A stretch of DNA of 41,552 nucleotides from an uncultured Candidatus Saccharibacteria bacterium (GCA_964460875.1 CAYWQN010000003.1:1-41552), one strand, 5' to 3'; shown: positions 23,936 to 33,062, counted from the first letter of the stretch. The notes: generated by a model not told the origin, from the letters alone. A program made the numbers and translations.

Positions 23936-24814
23936 ATGTGGTTCATCTTCGCGCTCCTCTCGGTCGTCCTCTCGGGCTTCCAGACCTTCGGGCAAAAGGT
24001 TGCCGTCCATAAAGGATACGATTCGGTACTGCAGAGCGCGCTCACCGCGCTCGTCGCCACCATTCTCTCGCTCGTGCTGTATATAGTTACGCCGTCTGCG
24101 CATACGCACCTCTCCTGGCTCTTCTATATCCTCGGTTTCGTCGGCGGGATAGCGTACGTGCTTTCTTCCATCGCGCGTCTTGAGTCATTGAAATTCATCG
24201 ACTCAACCATTCATTTCCCGCTCTATAAGGTCGTCGGTCCCGCTATCGTCGCAGGAATAGGTATCGGCCTCTTGGGCGACGCCGTCTCGCCGCTCGAGCT
24301 CCTCGGCATCATCCTCTCCTGCCTCGTTCCGGTGCTGCTCATCTCGAGGAGCGAGCACCATCGGCAGAAAGATCTGAAGCTCGGGGTCTTGTTTACGCTT
24401 ATCGCTACCGTGCTCGCCGCGACGACCGCAGGGGTGAACGCATACATGCTGAAGGGCGATCCAAACCTCGTGCTCCCTATAGTGGTCATTACCTGCTTCT
24501 TCGGCTTCGTGTTCGCGCTCTGCATGTTCCTGCGCCGGCATAAAATTGCGCATATGCATGGTGCGCTCTTTTCGCACCTCTCTGGTCCGTTCGTGCTCCT
24601 GGCATCGGCGGTAGGTGTCGCACTCGCGCTGTCGTCCTACACCTATCTGCTTGCGGTTGCCGGAAGCGACGTCAGCCTCGTGTACTCCATAAACGCGCAC
24701 TACATCCTTATTCCGGTCATCCTGTCCGTCTGGCTCTATAAGGAGCATTGGAATGCGCAAAAAGCCGCAGCGCTTGTGATTTCCGTGCTCGCGCTCATAC
24801 TCCTTCACCGCTAG
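23936..24814 (+). CDS. DMT-superfamily (EamA-like) membrane transporter
   Basis: About 10 hydrophobic helices. TGaTAAACT lies 6 nt before the ATG. Confidence 0.6.
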   Translation: MWFIFALLSVVLSGFQTFGQKVAVHKGYDSVLQSALTALVATILSLVLYIVTPSAHTHLSWLFYILGFVGGIAYVLSSIARLESLKFIDSTIHFPLYKVVGPAIVAGIGIGLLGDAVSPLELLGIILSCLVPVLLISRSEHHRQKDLKLGVLFTLIATVLAATTAGVNAYMLKGDPNLVLPIVVITCFFGFVFALCMFLRRHKIAHMHGALFSHLSGPFVLLASAVGVALALSSYTYLLAVAGSDVSLVYSINAHYILIPVILSVWLYKEHWNAQKAAALVISVLALILLHR

Positions 24815-24816
24815 CC

Positions 24817-25689
24817 ATGTCTGAGACCAAAAAAGGCATAGCCGCGCTCGTGATACTCGCCTTCGTCTTCGCGACCATGGGCGTCTTTGCGCGCTACCTC
24901 GGGACCGAATTCGCTTTGTTCGAGCAGACGTATCTGCGCATCGGTCTTGCCTTCCTGTTCGGCATTATCCTATTTGCGCGCGACCTGCGCGTTGAGCGGC
25001 TCGGCACCCTGCCCCGAAAAGACGCGCTGGTGCTCATCGGCCGCGCGGTCGCGCTGTATCTTGGCGTCGTTCTCTTCACCGAAGCAGTGCTCCACGCGAA
25101 ATACGGTAACGCGTCCTTCATCGCGACCATTCCGCTTCTCCCGCTGTTCGGCTACGTATTTCTCAAAGAAAAGCTCGGCCTGCGCACCCTCGCGTACATC
25201 GGCGTCGGCTTTGCCGGCATGGCGCTTATCGCCGTTCAGGACCTGCGCGACCTTCAGTTCGGATACGGCGAACTGATGGCGCTTCTGTCCGCGTTCGCGT
25301 TCGATATAAGCTATGTGGCGCGCCGCTTCCACAGCGATCATTTGAACAACAAGGAGAGCACGGTGTTCATGTTCTTCTTCGGCGCGCTCTTCCTGTTCAT
25401 CACCTCGCTTGCGCTTGGCGAGCCGCTTCCGAACATTTCGGAATTCTCGCCGATTCTCCTTTTCACCCTCGCTGGCGCCTCGCTCTTTAATGTCGCAAAT
25501 CTGTATCTCACCAACTACGGCTTCGAGCGCGTGAAAGTCGGCATCGCAGGGAATATCCTCACGCTCGAGGTCGTGTTCGCGCTGCTCTACGGGATACTGC
25601 TTTTCCATGAAATGCCGCTTCTGCGCGAGCTTGTCGGCGGCGCGCTCATCGTATTCAGCGTCTACCAGATAAATCGTAAGGAAAAATAA
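24817..25689 (+). CDS. EamA/DMT-family transporter
   Basis: About 10 TM helices in two EamA-like halves. Start at MSETKK, 2 nt after the preceding stop. Confidence 0.7.
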   Translation: MSETKKGIAALVILAFVFATMGVFARYLGTEFALFEQTYLRIGLAFLFGIILFARDLRVERLGTLPRKDALVLIGRAVALYLGVVLFTEAVLHAKYGNASFIATIPLLPLFGYVFLKEKLGLRTLAYIGVGFAGMALIAVQDLRDLQFGYGELMALLSAFAFDISYVARRFHSDHLNNKESTVFMFFFGALFLFITSLALGEPLPNISEFSPILLFTLAGASLFNVANLYLTNYGFERVKVGIAGNILTLEVVFALLYGILLFHEMPLLRELVGGALIVFSVYQINRKEK

Positions 25690-25690
25690 A

Positions 25691-25717
25691 TTCGCGCGAG
25701 GCATGGCCTCGCGCGAA
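25691..25717. terminator. Hairpin TTCGCGCGAGGC-ATG-GCCTCGCGCGAA
   Basis: 12-bp perfect stem between convergent genes. Confidence 0.7.
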
Positions 25718-25737
25718 CTCTATGCACGGGGGTGCAC

Positions 25738-26145
25738 CTACTTCTTGAGCGACGTGCCCGCTTTCGCGAGCGCCGCCTCTACTCCTCGCAGAATCCTGCC
25801 GTCTACCCCAGCTTCCATCAGGCTTTCCCGCGTTTTTGACGCGAGCGCTTTCAAGGAAGTGATGCCGAGCTTGCGCAAGGCAATGCGGGCCGACGCGCTC
25901 AGACCCAGTTCTTTCAGGCTTGCGCCCTTCGGAGTCGCCGCTGCTTTTGCCGGAGTTTTGCTTTCGCGTTTGCTCCGGGTCTGCCGCTTCGCGCTGCCGC
26001 CTTCCGCAAGGATGGCGTAGAACGCGTCGCGCTGGCTTGGGTCAAGGGTTTTCTCGAGGTATTCCGTACTTCGACAGTACGGACAGCGATTCAAGGGCGT
26101 ACAGAGTCCCTTGTGCTGGTACGGATACCCGGTTGGCTTGGGCAT
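25738..26145 (-). CDS. Small DNA-binding-like protein: Cys-rich N-terminus, Lys-rich linker, C-terminal HhH (alpha-CTD-like)
   Basis: CTPLNRCPYCRS, then KRQTRSKRESKTPAKAAATPKGA, then LSASARIALRKLGITSLKALASKTRESLMEAGVDGRILRGVEAALAKAG. Confidence 0.55.
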   Translation of the reverse strand: MPKPTGYPYQHKGLCTPLNRCPYCRSTEYLEKTLDPSQRDAFYAILAEGGSAKRQTRSKRESKTPAKAAATPKGASLKELGLSASARIALRKLGITSLKALASKTRESLMEAGVDGRILRGVEAALAKAGTSLKK

Positions 26146-26191
26146 CGGCTAGTCCCCATGTGTTGCGAACCAAAACGTCTGGTCCGAAATG

Positions 26192-26219
26192 ATTATATAA
26201 CAATAATATATTTAGTCAA
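26192..26219 (-). promoter_or_regulatory. Sigma70-type promoter TTGACT-16-TATAAT (minus strand) for the 26145 gene
   Basis: Reverse complement of 26214-26219 is TTGACT and of 26192-26197 is TATAAT. Confidence 0.55.
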
Positions 26220-26251
26220 ATCAGTAAGAGCGTGAGTGCTATACTCCTGCC

Positions 26252-27118
26252 ATGAAAAGGGATTACTACGCTGTGCTCGGCGTTACCCCTGGCAGCTCGT
26301 TGGAAGAGATAAAAGCTGCATTCCGCAAGCTTGCCCATATCTATCATCCCGACAAACCCGGAGGAAATGAAGAGATATATAGAGAAGTTTCAGACGCTTA
26401 CCAGACACTTTCTGACGAGTTCCGTAGAAGGAGCTATGACGCGCAGCGTTCTTCCGGAGCTCACGACCCCGTGAGCGCAACCGCGCCTTTTCATTCCAAA
26501 ACAAACGAAAAGAAAGAAGCTCAAACAAGCGCATACATCAGCCTGGGCGTTATCGGACTGCTCATACTCATTGCATGGGCTGCCGTTAGTTATCGGGAAA
26601 AAAGTTCTGAGCCGGCGCCGAGCTTATACGACCCGCAACCGATGAATGATGATTCACCTGCCTATCAGCCCGGCAGCGATGAAGTGGCTTCAGAAGACAT
26701 TCAGCTTGGTTCCCTACCGGTTCCTTCCTCTCGCTACAGCCTTTCTTTTAGCCCGACCACTATCGACAACCTCGGACAGGTGCTATCTGGAGGATTCGGA
26801 TATAGCACGTATAAAACACGCTCAACTACCGGAACGTTCATGCGAGTCGCTTTCAATGGAGTTAATACCGGCCTGGACAGCATCAGTGTCAGGGCAGATT
26901 CATTTGTGCTGCACGACCAGGACGGAAGATCATACTATCCGGACCAGGTATATAACTGCTCATATCCAGACTCCGGCTACGGGCAATCTGATAGTCAAAA
27001 GCTCGCAGTTACCTTCAACTTCGCCACACTGAAGCCCGGAATTCCTTGTACCTGGGTGCTACTGTTTGAAGTGTCTAATCTTTCGGCAAAGTTTACGCTT
27101 GATTTCGTAGTCAGATAA
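26252..27118 (+). CDS. J-domain membrane protein with C-terminal DUF4352-like beta domain
   Basis: DYYAVLGV…IYHPDKP…AYQTLSD J domain with HPD, one TM (ISLGVIGLLILIAWAAV), then FMRVAFNGVN…SFVLHDQDGRSYYP…WVLLFEV. TGcTATACT lies 6 nt before the ATG. Confidence 0.75.
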   Translation: MKRDYYAVLGVTPGSSLEEIKAAFRKLAHIYHPDKPGGNEEIYREVSDAYQTLSDEFRRRSYDAQRSSGAHDPVSATAPFHSKTNEKKEAQTSAYISLGVIGLLILIAWAAVSYREKSSEPAPSLYDPQPMNDDSPAYQPGSDEVASEDIQLGSLPVPSSRYSLSFSPTTIDNLGQVLSGGFGYSTYKTRSTTGTFMRVAFNGVNTGLDSISVRADSFVLHDQDGRSYYPDQVYNCSYPDSGYGQSDSQKLAVTFNFATLKPGIPCTWVLLFEVSNLSAKFTLDFVVR

Positions 27119-27899
27119 AAAACCCCAAAAACCGCCTCCCTATCTTCGAACGATGAATGGAGAGCGCGAGCCCCTTGGTTCCGAGCGCTTGGGCCACTCT
27201 CGCCCCGAGCGTGCGCATGTAGGTCCCGGCGCCGCACGCAACCGTCAGTCGTATCACGGCAAAGTCCCGCGGCCCTGCCGCGTCGAAGAACGCATCCCAG
27301 GACGCGCGCACGGCATCGATACGGAAGTCCGCGCCGAGCGCCTTGCTCGGCTCTGCAGTCGTCGGCACCTTCGCAAGGTACGCATCGATGCGGGCGCGAA
27401 GCGCGCGTTCGGGAATGCGCTCTATACCCGTCTCGCGTATCGCATAGATTCGTTCTTCGTGGGTTGGTATCTGGATGCTCTCGAGCGTTCCTTCAAGCGC
27501 ATGCAGGAAGAGCGGCTTGCCGTTCACCGTTTTCGAGGAGTAGGGCGGATATGCGCGCAGGTGCGTTCCGCGCTCGGCCGCAAGGGCCGCTGCAAGAACG
27601 TTCGGATCAGCACGCGTCTCTTTCCCTGAATATCGGACAAGTCCGAGCGCGTCGCCGGTGTCGCTGCCTGCGTCGAGCAGCAATTCAATCTGATATTCCT
27701 TATCAAGGCCGATATAGGACTTCTGCTTCTTGCATCCCTCTCCGAACAAGAGCAAGAGCTTCCCCGTTGCCATGGGATCAAGGCGTCCGGCATAGCAGGC
27801 AGGCACCGATGCATAGGCCGGATTCCCTGCCTTGAACCGCGCGATTGCGGCAAGCGGGGTCTCCCCGATCTGCTTCTCGATAAGAGCTGCGCGCTTCAT
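27111..27899 (-). CDS. truB: tRNA pseudouridine synthase, TruB family
   Basis: YAGRLDPMATGKLLLLFGEGCK (catalytic Asp motif), KEYQIELLLDAGSDTGDALG. Confidence 0.8.
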   Translation of the reverse strand: MKRAALIEKQIGETPLAAIARFKAGNPAYASVPACYAGRLDPMATGKLLLLFGEGCKKQKSYIGLDKEYQIELLLDAGSDTGDALGLVRYSGKETRADPNVLAAALAAERGTHLRAYPPYSSKTVNGKPLFLHALEGTLESIQIPTHEERIYAIRETGIERIPERALRARIDAYLAKVPTTAEPSKALGADFRIDAVRASWDAFFDAAGPRDFAVIRLTVACGAGTYMRTLGARVAQALGTKGLALSIHRSKIGRRFLGFFI

Positions 27900-27981
27900 A
27901 CCGCCTTACTTTACTAGCGAGATGCCGGATGACATAGTGCTGCCAATGCCATGTGGCAGAGCCTCTATAGAGGAGAAGAGC

Positions 27982-28248
27982 ATGAATCTGTGGTCGTATA
28001 TGCTCGGACAAGCATCGTCCCCGAGCTACACGTTCCGTCCTTTGAGCCGCAATCGGTATCGCTGCGTCCAGACGGGCGAAATCGTGAAGAAAGCGAAGCT
28101 GGACAGCTATGCGCGTATTCGGGTGAACGAGGGGAAACGGCCGGCACGCCACATTCCAGCGCCGCCGCCTCCCCCACGCGGATACTCGTTCGGCAGCAGC
28201 TTCAGCTTCGACCGCCCGCGCGGGCTCGGCAGCAGTTACTGGAACTGA
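27982..28248 (+). CDS. Small hypothetical protein (88 aa) with Pro-rich / low-complexity C-terminus
   Basis: GAGGAGAAG SD before ATG 27982. Its own terminator follows. Confidence 0.5.
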   Translation: MNLWSYMLGQASSPSYTFRPLSRNRYRCVQTGEIVKKAKLDSYARIRVNEGKRPARHIPAPPPPPRGYSFGSSFSFDRPRGLGSSYWN

Positions 28249-28267
28249 GCACCGCGCCACGCGAACC

Positions 28268-28308
28268 GAGCGCCGCCATCGAGTAATCGGTGGCGGCGCT
28301 CTTCTGTT
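28268..28308 (+). terminator. Rho-independent terminator, 14-bp stem GAGCGCCGCCATCG / CGGTGGCGGCGCTC + TTCTGTT
   Basis: Read directly. One G:U pair. Confidence 0.8.
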
Positions 28309-28337
28309 AGCACCCTCCACCCTATATACTCATGCCA

Positions 28338-29276
28338 ATGAAACCAATACTCGTCTGCGGTTCAATCGCCTACGACCGCATCATGGACTTCGATGGAAAC
28401 TTCTCCGAGCATTTCATGCCCGACAAGCTCCATGCCATAAGCGTCAGCTTCTTCGTCTCGCCGCCGAAAGAAAACTTCGGAGGCACCGGCGGCAATATCG
28501 CGTATTCACTATCTTTGCTTTCGACGCCCGCGGACGTCGTCGCAACGGCCGGCACGGATTTCGATCGGTATGAAGCGGCGCTCAAAGAGCGCGGCATCGG
28601 CGTCGCGTCCATCGCACGCGCTGATGATGTCCCTACGGCGTCCGGCTATATCATGACAGACAAGAAAGACAATCAGATCACTGCCTTCTCCGGAAGCGCC
28701 GCGATGCATCCGTACATGCGGGCGATAGACTATGGGGCGTACGCCGCCGCGATTGTGTCTCCCACGAACAAGGACGACATGGCGCGCGTCTCCCGCGAGA
28801 GCAAGGCTGCCGGCATTCCGTTCTTCTTCGACCCCGGCCAGCAGATTCCGCAGCTTTCGGGTGATGAACTCAAGGCTGCCATCGAGGGCGCTGCCGGCGT
28901 ATTCATGAATGACTACGAGCTCTCTCTCGTCTGCGAAAAAACCGGATGGGATGAAAAAACCATAGCTGCGCAAGCGGGGTTCCTCGTCGTTACCTTGGGC
29001 GCGGAGGGTTCGCGCATCTTAACCAAGGAAGGCGAGGAACGCGTCGCGGTCGTTCCCGTACAAGATGTTGTCGACCCCACCGGCGCGGGCGATGCGTTTC
29101 GCGCTGGCTTCCTTGCCGGATACGCGCGGGGTAGTTCCTTGCCGCAGTGCGCAAAGCTTGGAAGCGCGGTAGCAGCGTATGCGGTGGAATGCTATGGTAG
29201 CCAGAACCACCGCTTCACCATTCCGGAACTCACGACCCGGTATGAAAGCGCTTATAAGGAATCGATAGCCATCTAA
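28338..29276 (+). CDS. PfkB-family carbohydrate/nucleoside kinase (probable adenosine kinase)
   Basis: GGTGGNIAYSL and DPTGAGDAFRAGFLAGY. Adjacent to ahcY. ATG 28332 is an alternative start, but 28338 fits the TATACT spacing. Confidence 0.8.
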   Translation: MKPILVCGSIAYDRIMDFDGNFSEHFMPDKLHAISVSFFVSPPKENFGGTGGNIAYSLSLLSTPADVVATAGTDFDRYEAALKERGIGVASIARADDVPTASGYIMTDKKDNQITAFSGSAAMHPYMRAIDYGAYAAAIVSPTNKDDMARVSRESKAAGIPFFFDPGQQIPQLSGDELKAAIEGAAGVFMNDYELSLVCEKTGWDEKTIAAQAGFLVVTLGAEGSRILTKEGEERVAVVPVQDVVDPTGAGDAFRAGFLAGYARGSSLPQCAKLGSAVAAYAVECYGSQNHRFTIPELTTRYESAYKESIAI

Positions 29277-29278
29277 TA

Positions 29279-30535
29279 ATGAAGTACGACATTGCAGATG
29301 AGTCGCTCGCGGCTCTCGGAAAGAAGCGCCTCGCCTGGGCTGATAACGACATGCCGGTATTGAAGGAAGTGCGCGAGCGCTTCGCGAAAGAGCTGCCATT
29401 CAAAGGAAAGACTATCGGCGCATGCCTCCATGTCACGGCCGAGACGGGGACATTGATGCGCACCCTGAAGGCCGGCGGCGCGAATGTCGTACTCTGCGCC
29501 TCCAATCCCCTGTCCACCCAGGACGATGTGGCCGCATCGCTCGTGAAAGACGAAGGCATCCCAGTATTCGCGAAGAAGGGCGAAGACCGCGATACGTTCT
29601 TCGCGCACTTGAACGCAGTCATCGGCGAGAACCCTCACCTCACCATGGACGACGGGGCGGACCTCGTCTCTACTATTCATAAGGACTATCCGCAGCTCAT
29701 CGACTCCGTCATCGGCGGCACGGAAGAGACCACCACCGGCGTCATACGGCTCCGCGCGATGTCGAAGGCCGGCGCCCTGAAGTTCCCTATCGTCGCCGTA
29801 AACGACGCAAAGACGAAGAACCTCTTCGATAACCGCTACGGCACCGGGCAGTCCACCTTGGACGGCATCGTGCGCGCTACCGACATATTGCTCGCCGGAA
29901 AAGTGTTCGTCGCAGCAGGATACGGCTGGTGTGGCCGCGGCTTGGCGCTCCGCGCGCGCGGCATGGGGGCTCAGGTCATCGTCACGGAGATAGATCCGGT
30001 GAAAGCTATCGAGGCCACCATGGACGGTTTCCGCGTAATGACCATGAAGGAAGCAGCGCCAATCGGCGACATCTTCTGCACCGCGACCGGCGACATCCAC
30101 GTCATCCGCGTCGAGCACATGAAGGAGATGAAGGACGGCGCCATCATCTGCAACACCGGGCACTTCGACGTGGAGATAGACGTCGCAGGCTTGAAGAAAG
30201 CCGCGTCCGGCGTGCGCGAGAATATCCGCCCGTTCGTCGACGAATATATGGTCGGCAGCAATCGCATCTTCCTCCTCGCTGATGGGCGCCTCGTGAACCT
30301 CGCGGCCGCTGAAGGCCACCCGGCGAGCGTGATGGACATGAGTTTTGCCACACAGGCTCTCGCCTGCGAGTGGATGGCGACTCAGAGCGAGAAGCTCGCG
30401 CCGGCTGTCTACGACGTCACGGACGAAATTGAGAACATGGTCGCGGGCACCAAGCTTGCCTCGATGGGTATCGCTATCGATGAGCTTACGGATGAGCAGA
30501 AGAAGTATCTAGCTGACTGGGAGCACGGGACGTAG
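29279..30535 (+). CDS. ahcY: Adenosylhomocysteinase
   Basis: HVTAETGTLMRTLKAGGANVVLCASNPLSTQDDVAA, GYGWCGRG NAD site, about 418 aa (short form). Confidence 0.95.
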   Translation: MKYDIADESLAALGKKRLAWADNDMPVLKEVRERFAKELPFKGKTIGACLHVTAETGTLMRTLKAGGANVVLCASNPLSTQDDVAASLVKDEGIPVFAKKGEDRDTFFAHLNAVIGENPHLTMDDGADLVSTIHKDYPQLIDSVIGGTEETTTGVIRLRAMSKAGALKFPIVAVNDAKTKNLFDNRYGTGQSTLDGIVRATDILLAGKVFVAAGYGWCGRGLALRARGMGAQVIVTEIDPVKAIEATMDGFRVMTMKEAAPIGDIFCTATGDIHVIRVEHMKEMKDGAIICNTGHFDVEIDVAGLKKAASGVRENIRPFVDEYMVGSNRIFLLADGRLVNLAAAEGHPASVMDMSFATQALACEWMATQSEKLAPAVYDVTDEIENMVAGTKLASMGIAIDELTDEQKKYLADWEHGT

Positions 30536-30573
30536 CCTAGCGCGCTTACCAGAAAGCTCACGCTCCAGCGATA

Positions 30574-30625
30574 CGCCGTCGCTTCCGCCTTCTGCCGCTT
30601 GCTTCCCCATCAGAATGGGGACCCC
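30574..30625 (+). repeat. Intergenic repeat copy C with hairpin TCCCCAT-CAGA-ATGGGGA (30603-30620)
   Basis: 42/52 identity with copy A (hand count). Starts 39 nt after the ahcY stop. Confidence 0.7.
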
Positions 30626-30732
30626 GTATACTCGGAAAGAACGCGTTTGCGTACGGATTGGACCGGTCCGCATAGTAGTGTTATAAAAATATCAGCCTGT
30701 ACTTTGAAGGCTCGATTAGTGAGGTATATCCC

Positions 30733-31134
30733 ATGCAGAAATGGGGTCAGAATTTCGTTGGTGAACTGCACACCGGTTCCTGGGGACGACTGTTTGAGGA
30801 AATGCACCACAACGAACGTGGTTACGGGGAATTCACGCATATCGCTATTCTTCCGGAAAGCGATCGTCCGAAGCATGCGCTCGCATGCTACATCAGGAGC
30901 GGGCGGCACGACGTCGTTGCGGACCACCCGATGCCCTACGTTCCAGAACGCATCCCGCGAACTCCGAAACGCAGGGCGACGTTCCTGGCCAGGCTTCAGG
31001 CCCGATTGACAGAAGCGCATGCGAAGTCGAACCGCGTCAGCATGCAGTACTGGAATGTCTCGTTCTACGAGCACGGCGTACAAGGAACGGGAAGGCTGGC
31101 GATTATTTTCCACCACTACGATCGCGGCTATTAG
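30733..31134 (+). CDS. Hypothetical protein (133 aa)
   Basis: GTGAGGT SD before the ATG. An 18-bp-stem terminator starts at the stop codon. Competing ORFs 30610..31200(-) and 30599..31009(+) look non-coding. Confidence 0.55.
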   Translation: MQKWGQNFVGELHTGSWGRLFEEMHHNERGYGEFTHIAILPESDRPKHALACYIRSGRHDVVADHPMPYVPERIPRTPKRRATFLARLQARLTEAHAKSNRVSMQYWNVSFYEHGVQGTGRLAIIFHHYDRGY

Positions 31135-31186
31135 CCGCTCACACGAAGCGAAAGCTGCCCGCTTCGTGTGAGCGGCTTTCGTCTTT
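31133..31186 (+). terminator. Rho-independent terminator, 18-bp perfect stem AGCCGCTCACACGAAGCG / CGCTTCGTGTGAGCGGCT + TTCGTCTTT
   Basis: Read directly. Confidence 0.85.
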
Positions 31187-31226
31187 CCCTCCTGCTTCAC
31201 GCATAAGAACTGGGGCCCTGGGGTAC

Positions 31227-31254
31227 GAAAAGCCCCGCATGAGCGGGGCTTTTC
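31227..31254. terminator. Bidirectional terminator GAAAAGCCCCGC-ATGA-GCGGGGCTTTTC
   Basis: 12-bp stem with A/T runs on both sides, just downstream of the DUF1428 gene on the minus strand. Confidence 0.8.
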
Positions 31255-31256
31255 TG

Positions 31257-31655
31257 TTAGCCGACTTCAACCGAGAAGCCGCCGTATGCCATGCGGCGGG
31301 AATCGAACGGCATAGGCTCGTCCGTCTTGTCCGCGTATTTCTTCTTGAAATAATCCATGACTTTCTTATTGACCTGGTCGCGATGCGCCTTGCTCTTGTA
31401 CGTAACGTAGGAGAACCATACGGTCTCCGTCGGCTTCACGTTCGCGAGCGTCTTGAAGGAAAGCGGCGCCGGCATGCCGCCGCCTCCTTTTGTCGTCAGG
31501 TCGCGGCCCATGCACTCCTTGTAATCCAGCGCGCCGAACTTCTTCCACACGGCCTCCGCTTCGCGCGCCATCTTCTTATATGCCGCGACGTTTTTTTTCT
31601 GTATCGCGAGCACGAACCCGTCTACATACCCCGCCCCGGATTTTTTTGTTGCCAT
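31257..31655 (-). CDS. DUF1428 family protein
   Basis: YVDGFVLAIQKKNVAAYKKMA…VWKKFGALDYKEC…VWFSYVTYKSKAHRDQVNKKVM…MPFDSRRMAYGGF fits the DUF1428 pattern. Start at MATKKS. Confidence 0.75.
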   Translation of the reverse strand: MATKKSGAGYVDGFVLAIQKKNVAAYKKMAREAEAVWKKFGALDYKECMGRDLTTKGGGGMPAPLSFKTLANVKPTETVWFSYVTYKSKAHRDQVNKKVMDYFKKKYADKTDEPMPFDSRRMAYGGFSVEVG

Positions 31656-31696
31656 GCGAAAACTATACCAAATCCTTTCGGAGAAAAGCGCCAACG

Positions 31697-32434
31697 TCAG
31701 AAGGCGTTCAGGAACTCGCCTATCTTTTGATTCACTTCGTTCACCGCTTCGGGGCGGAGGCGGTAGTCGTGTTCCGAATCCACGGAGTAAATTTCTTTGG
31801 GTGCTGCGCTTTCTTCATATGCTTTCTTCACGTCCTCTGGGTCGTTCATCACATCTTGCTTCCCGGAGAAAAAGAGCTTCGGCTTCGTATACGTGCGAAG
31901 CGCGGGAAGCGCATCATACTGTTTTCCGTCTTCGAAATAATTCAGCGGAAGCGCGAATTCTTTCTGCTCTTTCGTCCGCTCGGTCCCCGGCGGCAGGTCT
32001 CGATAGCTCATGACCGCGCCGTTTACGATACGCTCTTCTTTGGGATCGCTCGGTGCGCCATAGTAGGAAAAAATCGCGATGATGTGGGAGACATGCGGGT
32101 TCAGAGGCCCGGCGAGCATCGCTACCGTGCCTCCCCTGCTGTGCCCGGCGAGCACGGTCGGCTTATTGCCGAAGAATTCGATAATCTCCTCCACCGCCTG
32201 AATGCAGTTGCTTGTCGTATACAAGGCGATATCGCCGGGGCTTTCCCAGGTGCCCGGCGGATCAAACGAGAGGGCAAGATAGCCGAGCGCAGCAAGAGAA
32301 TCGACGAGCGCGGTGTTGTGAACGTAATCTTTCGTGTCGAGGCGCCCCGGAATGACTATGGCGAGTTTCCCGCTCGACGGTTCGCCTCTTTGGTAGACGG
32401 CCAGTTCGAAACTTTTTGTCCGTATCGTATTCAT
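31697..32434 (-). CDS. Alpha/beta hydrolase
   Basis: GHSRGG nucleophile elbow and a C-terminal SEHDYR-type His region. Start at MNTIRTK. Confidence 0.7.
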   Translation of the reverse strand: MNTIRTKSFELAVYQRGEPSSGKLAIVIPGRLDTKDYVHNTALVDSLAALGYLALSFDPPGTWESPGDIALYTTSNCIQAVEEIIEFFGNKPTVLAGHSRGGTVAMLAGPLNPHVSHIIAIFSYYGAPSDPKEERIVNGAVMSYRDLPPGTERTKEQKEFALPLNYFEDGKQYDALPALRTYTKPKLFFSGKQDVMNDPEDVKKAYEESAAPKEIYSVDSEHDYRLRPEAVNEVNQKIGEFLNAF

Positions 32435-32441
32435 GCAAAGA

Positions 32442-33062
32442 CTAGAGCCCGAGCGCAGCGCGCGAGAGCGCGCCCTCCCGGAGCACATACGGCGTATCCC
32501 CTACGCAGGAGACCACCGTCGAGGGCGATGCCCCGGGACGTTCTCCCCCGTCCACGATGAGGTCGATTTCTGAAAGCCGCAGGCCGAAGTGCTCCATGAG
32601 CGCCTCGACGTTTCGCGGGGTGCCCATGCCGGCCTTGTTCGCCGACGTCGTGGTGTACGGCGCTCCGTACGCCTTCGCCAGCGCGAGGCAGAACGGCTCG
32701 GCAGGAATGCGCACGCCGATGGCGCCGTTCATAGTGAGCGAATCGGGCATATGCGCATTGGCCGGGACGACGAGCGTCAGGGCGCCGGGGAGATGCGCTG
32801 CTGCGAATTTTTCGGCGAGCGGGGTCAGGGTTCCGCATTCCTTTATATGGTGGACATCCTCGACGATGACCGAAACCGGCTTTTTCCGTTCCCGTCCTTT
32901 GAGCTCCCGAAGACGCTCTATGGCGGCCGGATTCCCGACGGATACCCCGAGCCCGTAGACGGTGTCGGTGGGGTACGCCACGATGCCGCCCTTCTTGAGG
33001 ACGGCTGCGGCCTTCTTGGCCGCTTCTTCGAGGTTGCTCTCGGTAAGCCTGATTATCTCCAT
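32442..33062 (-). CDS. tsaC: L-threonylcarbamoyladenylate synthase (TsaC/YrdC/Sua5 family)
   Basis: GGIVAYPTDTVYGLG, KGRERKKPVSVIV, TTTSANKAG. Confidence 0.9.
   Translation of the reverse strand: MEIIRLTESNLEEAAKKAAAVLKKGGIVAYPTDTVYGLGVSVGNPAAIERLRELKGRERKKPVSVIVEDVHHIKECGTLTPLAEKFAAAHLPGALTLVVPANAHMPDSLTMNGAIGVRIPAEPFCLALAKAYGAPYTTTSANKAGMGTPRNVEALMEHFGLRLSEIDLIVDGGERPGASPSTVVSCVGDTPYVLREGALSRAALGL

Noticed and set aside
30599-31200. Alternative ORFs 30599..31009(+) and 30610..31200(-) around the 30733 gene.
   Set aside because: Both run through the intergenic repeat or the 18-bp terminator stem and lack an SD or -10 context. The 30733 frame has an SD and stops at the terminator.
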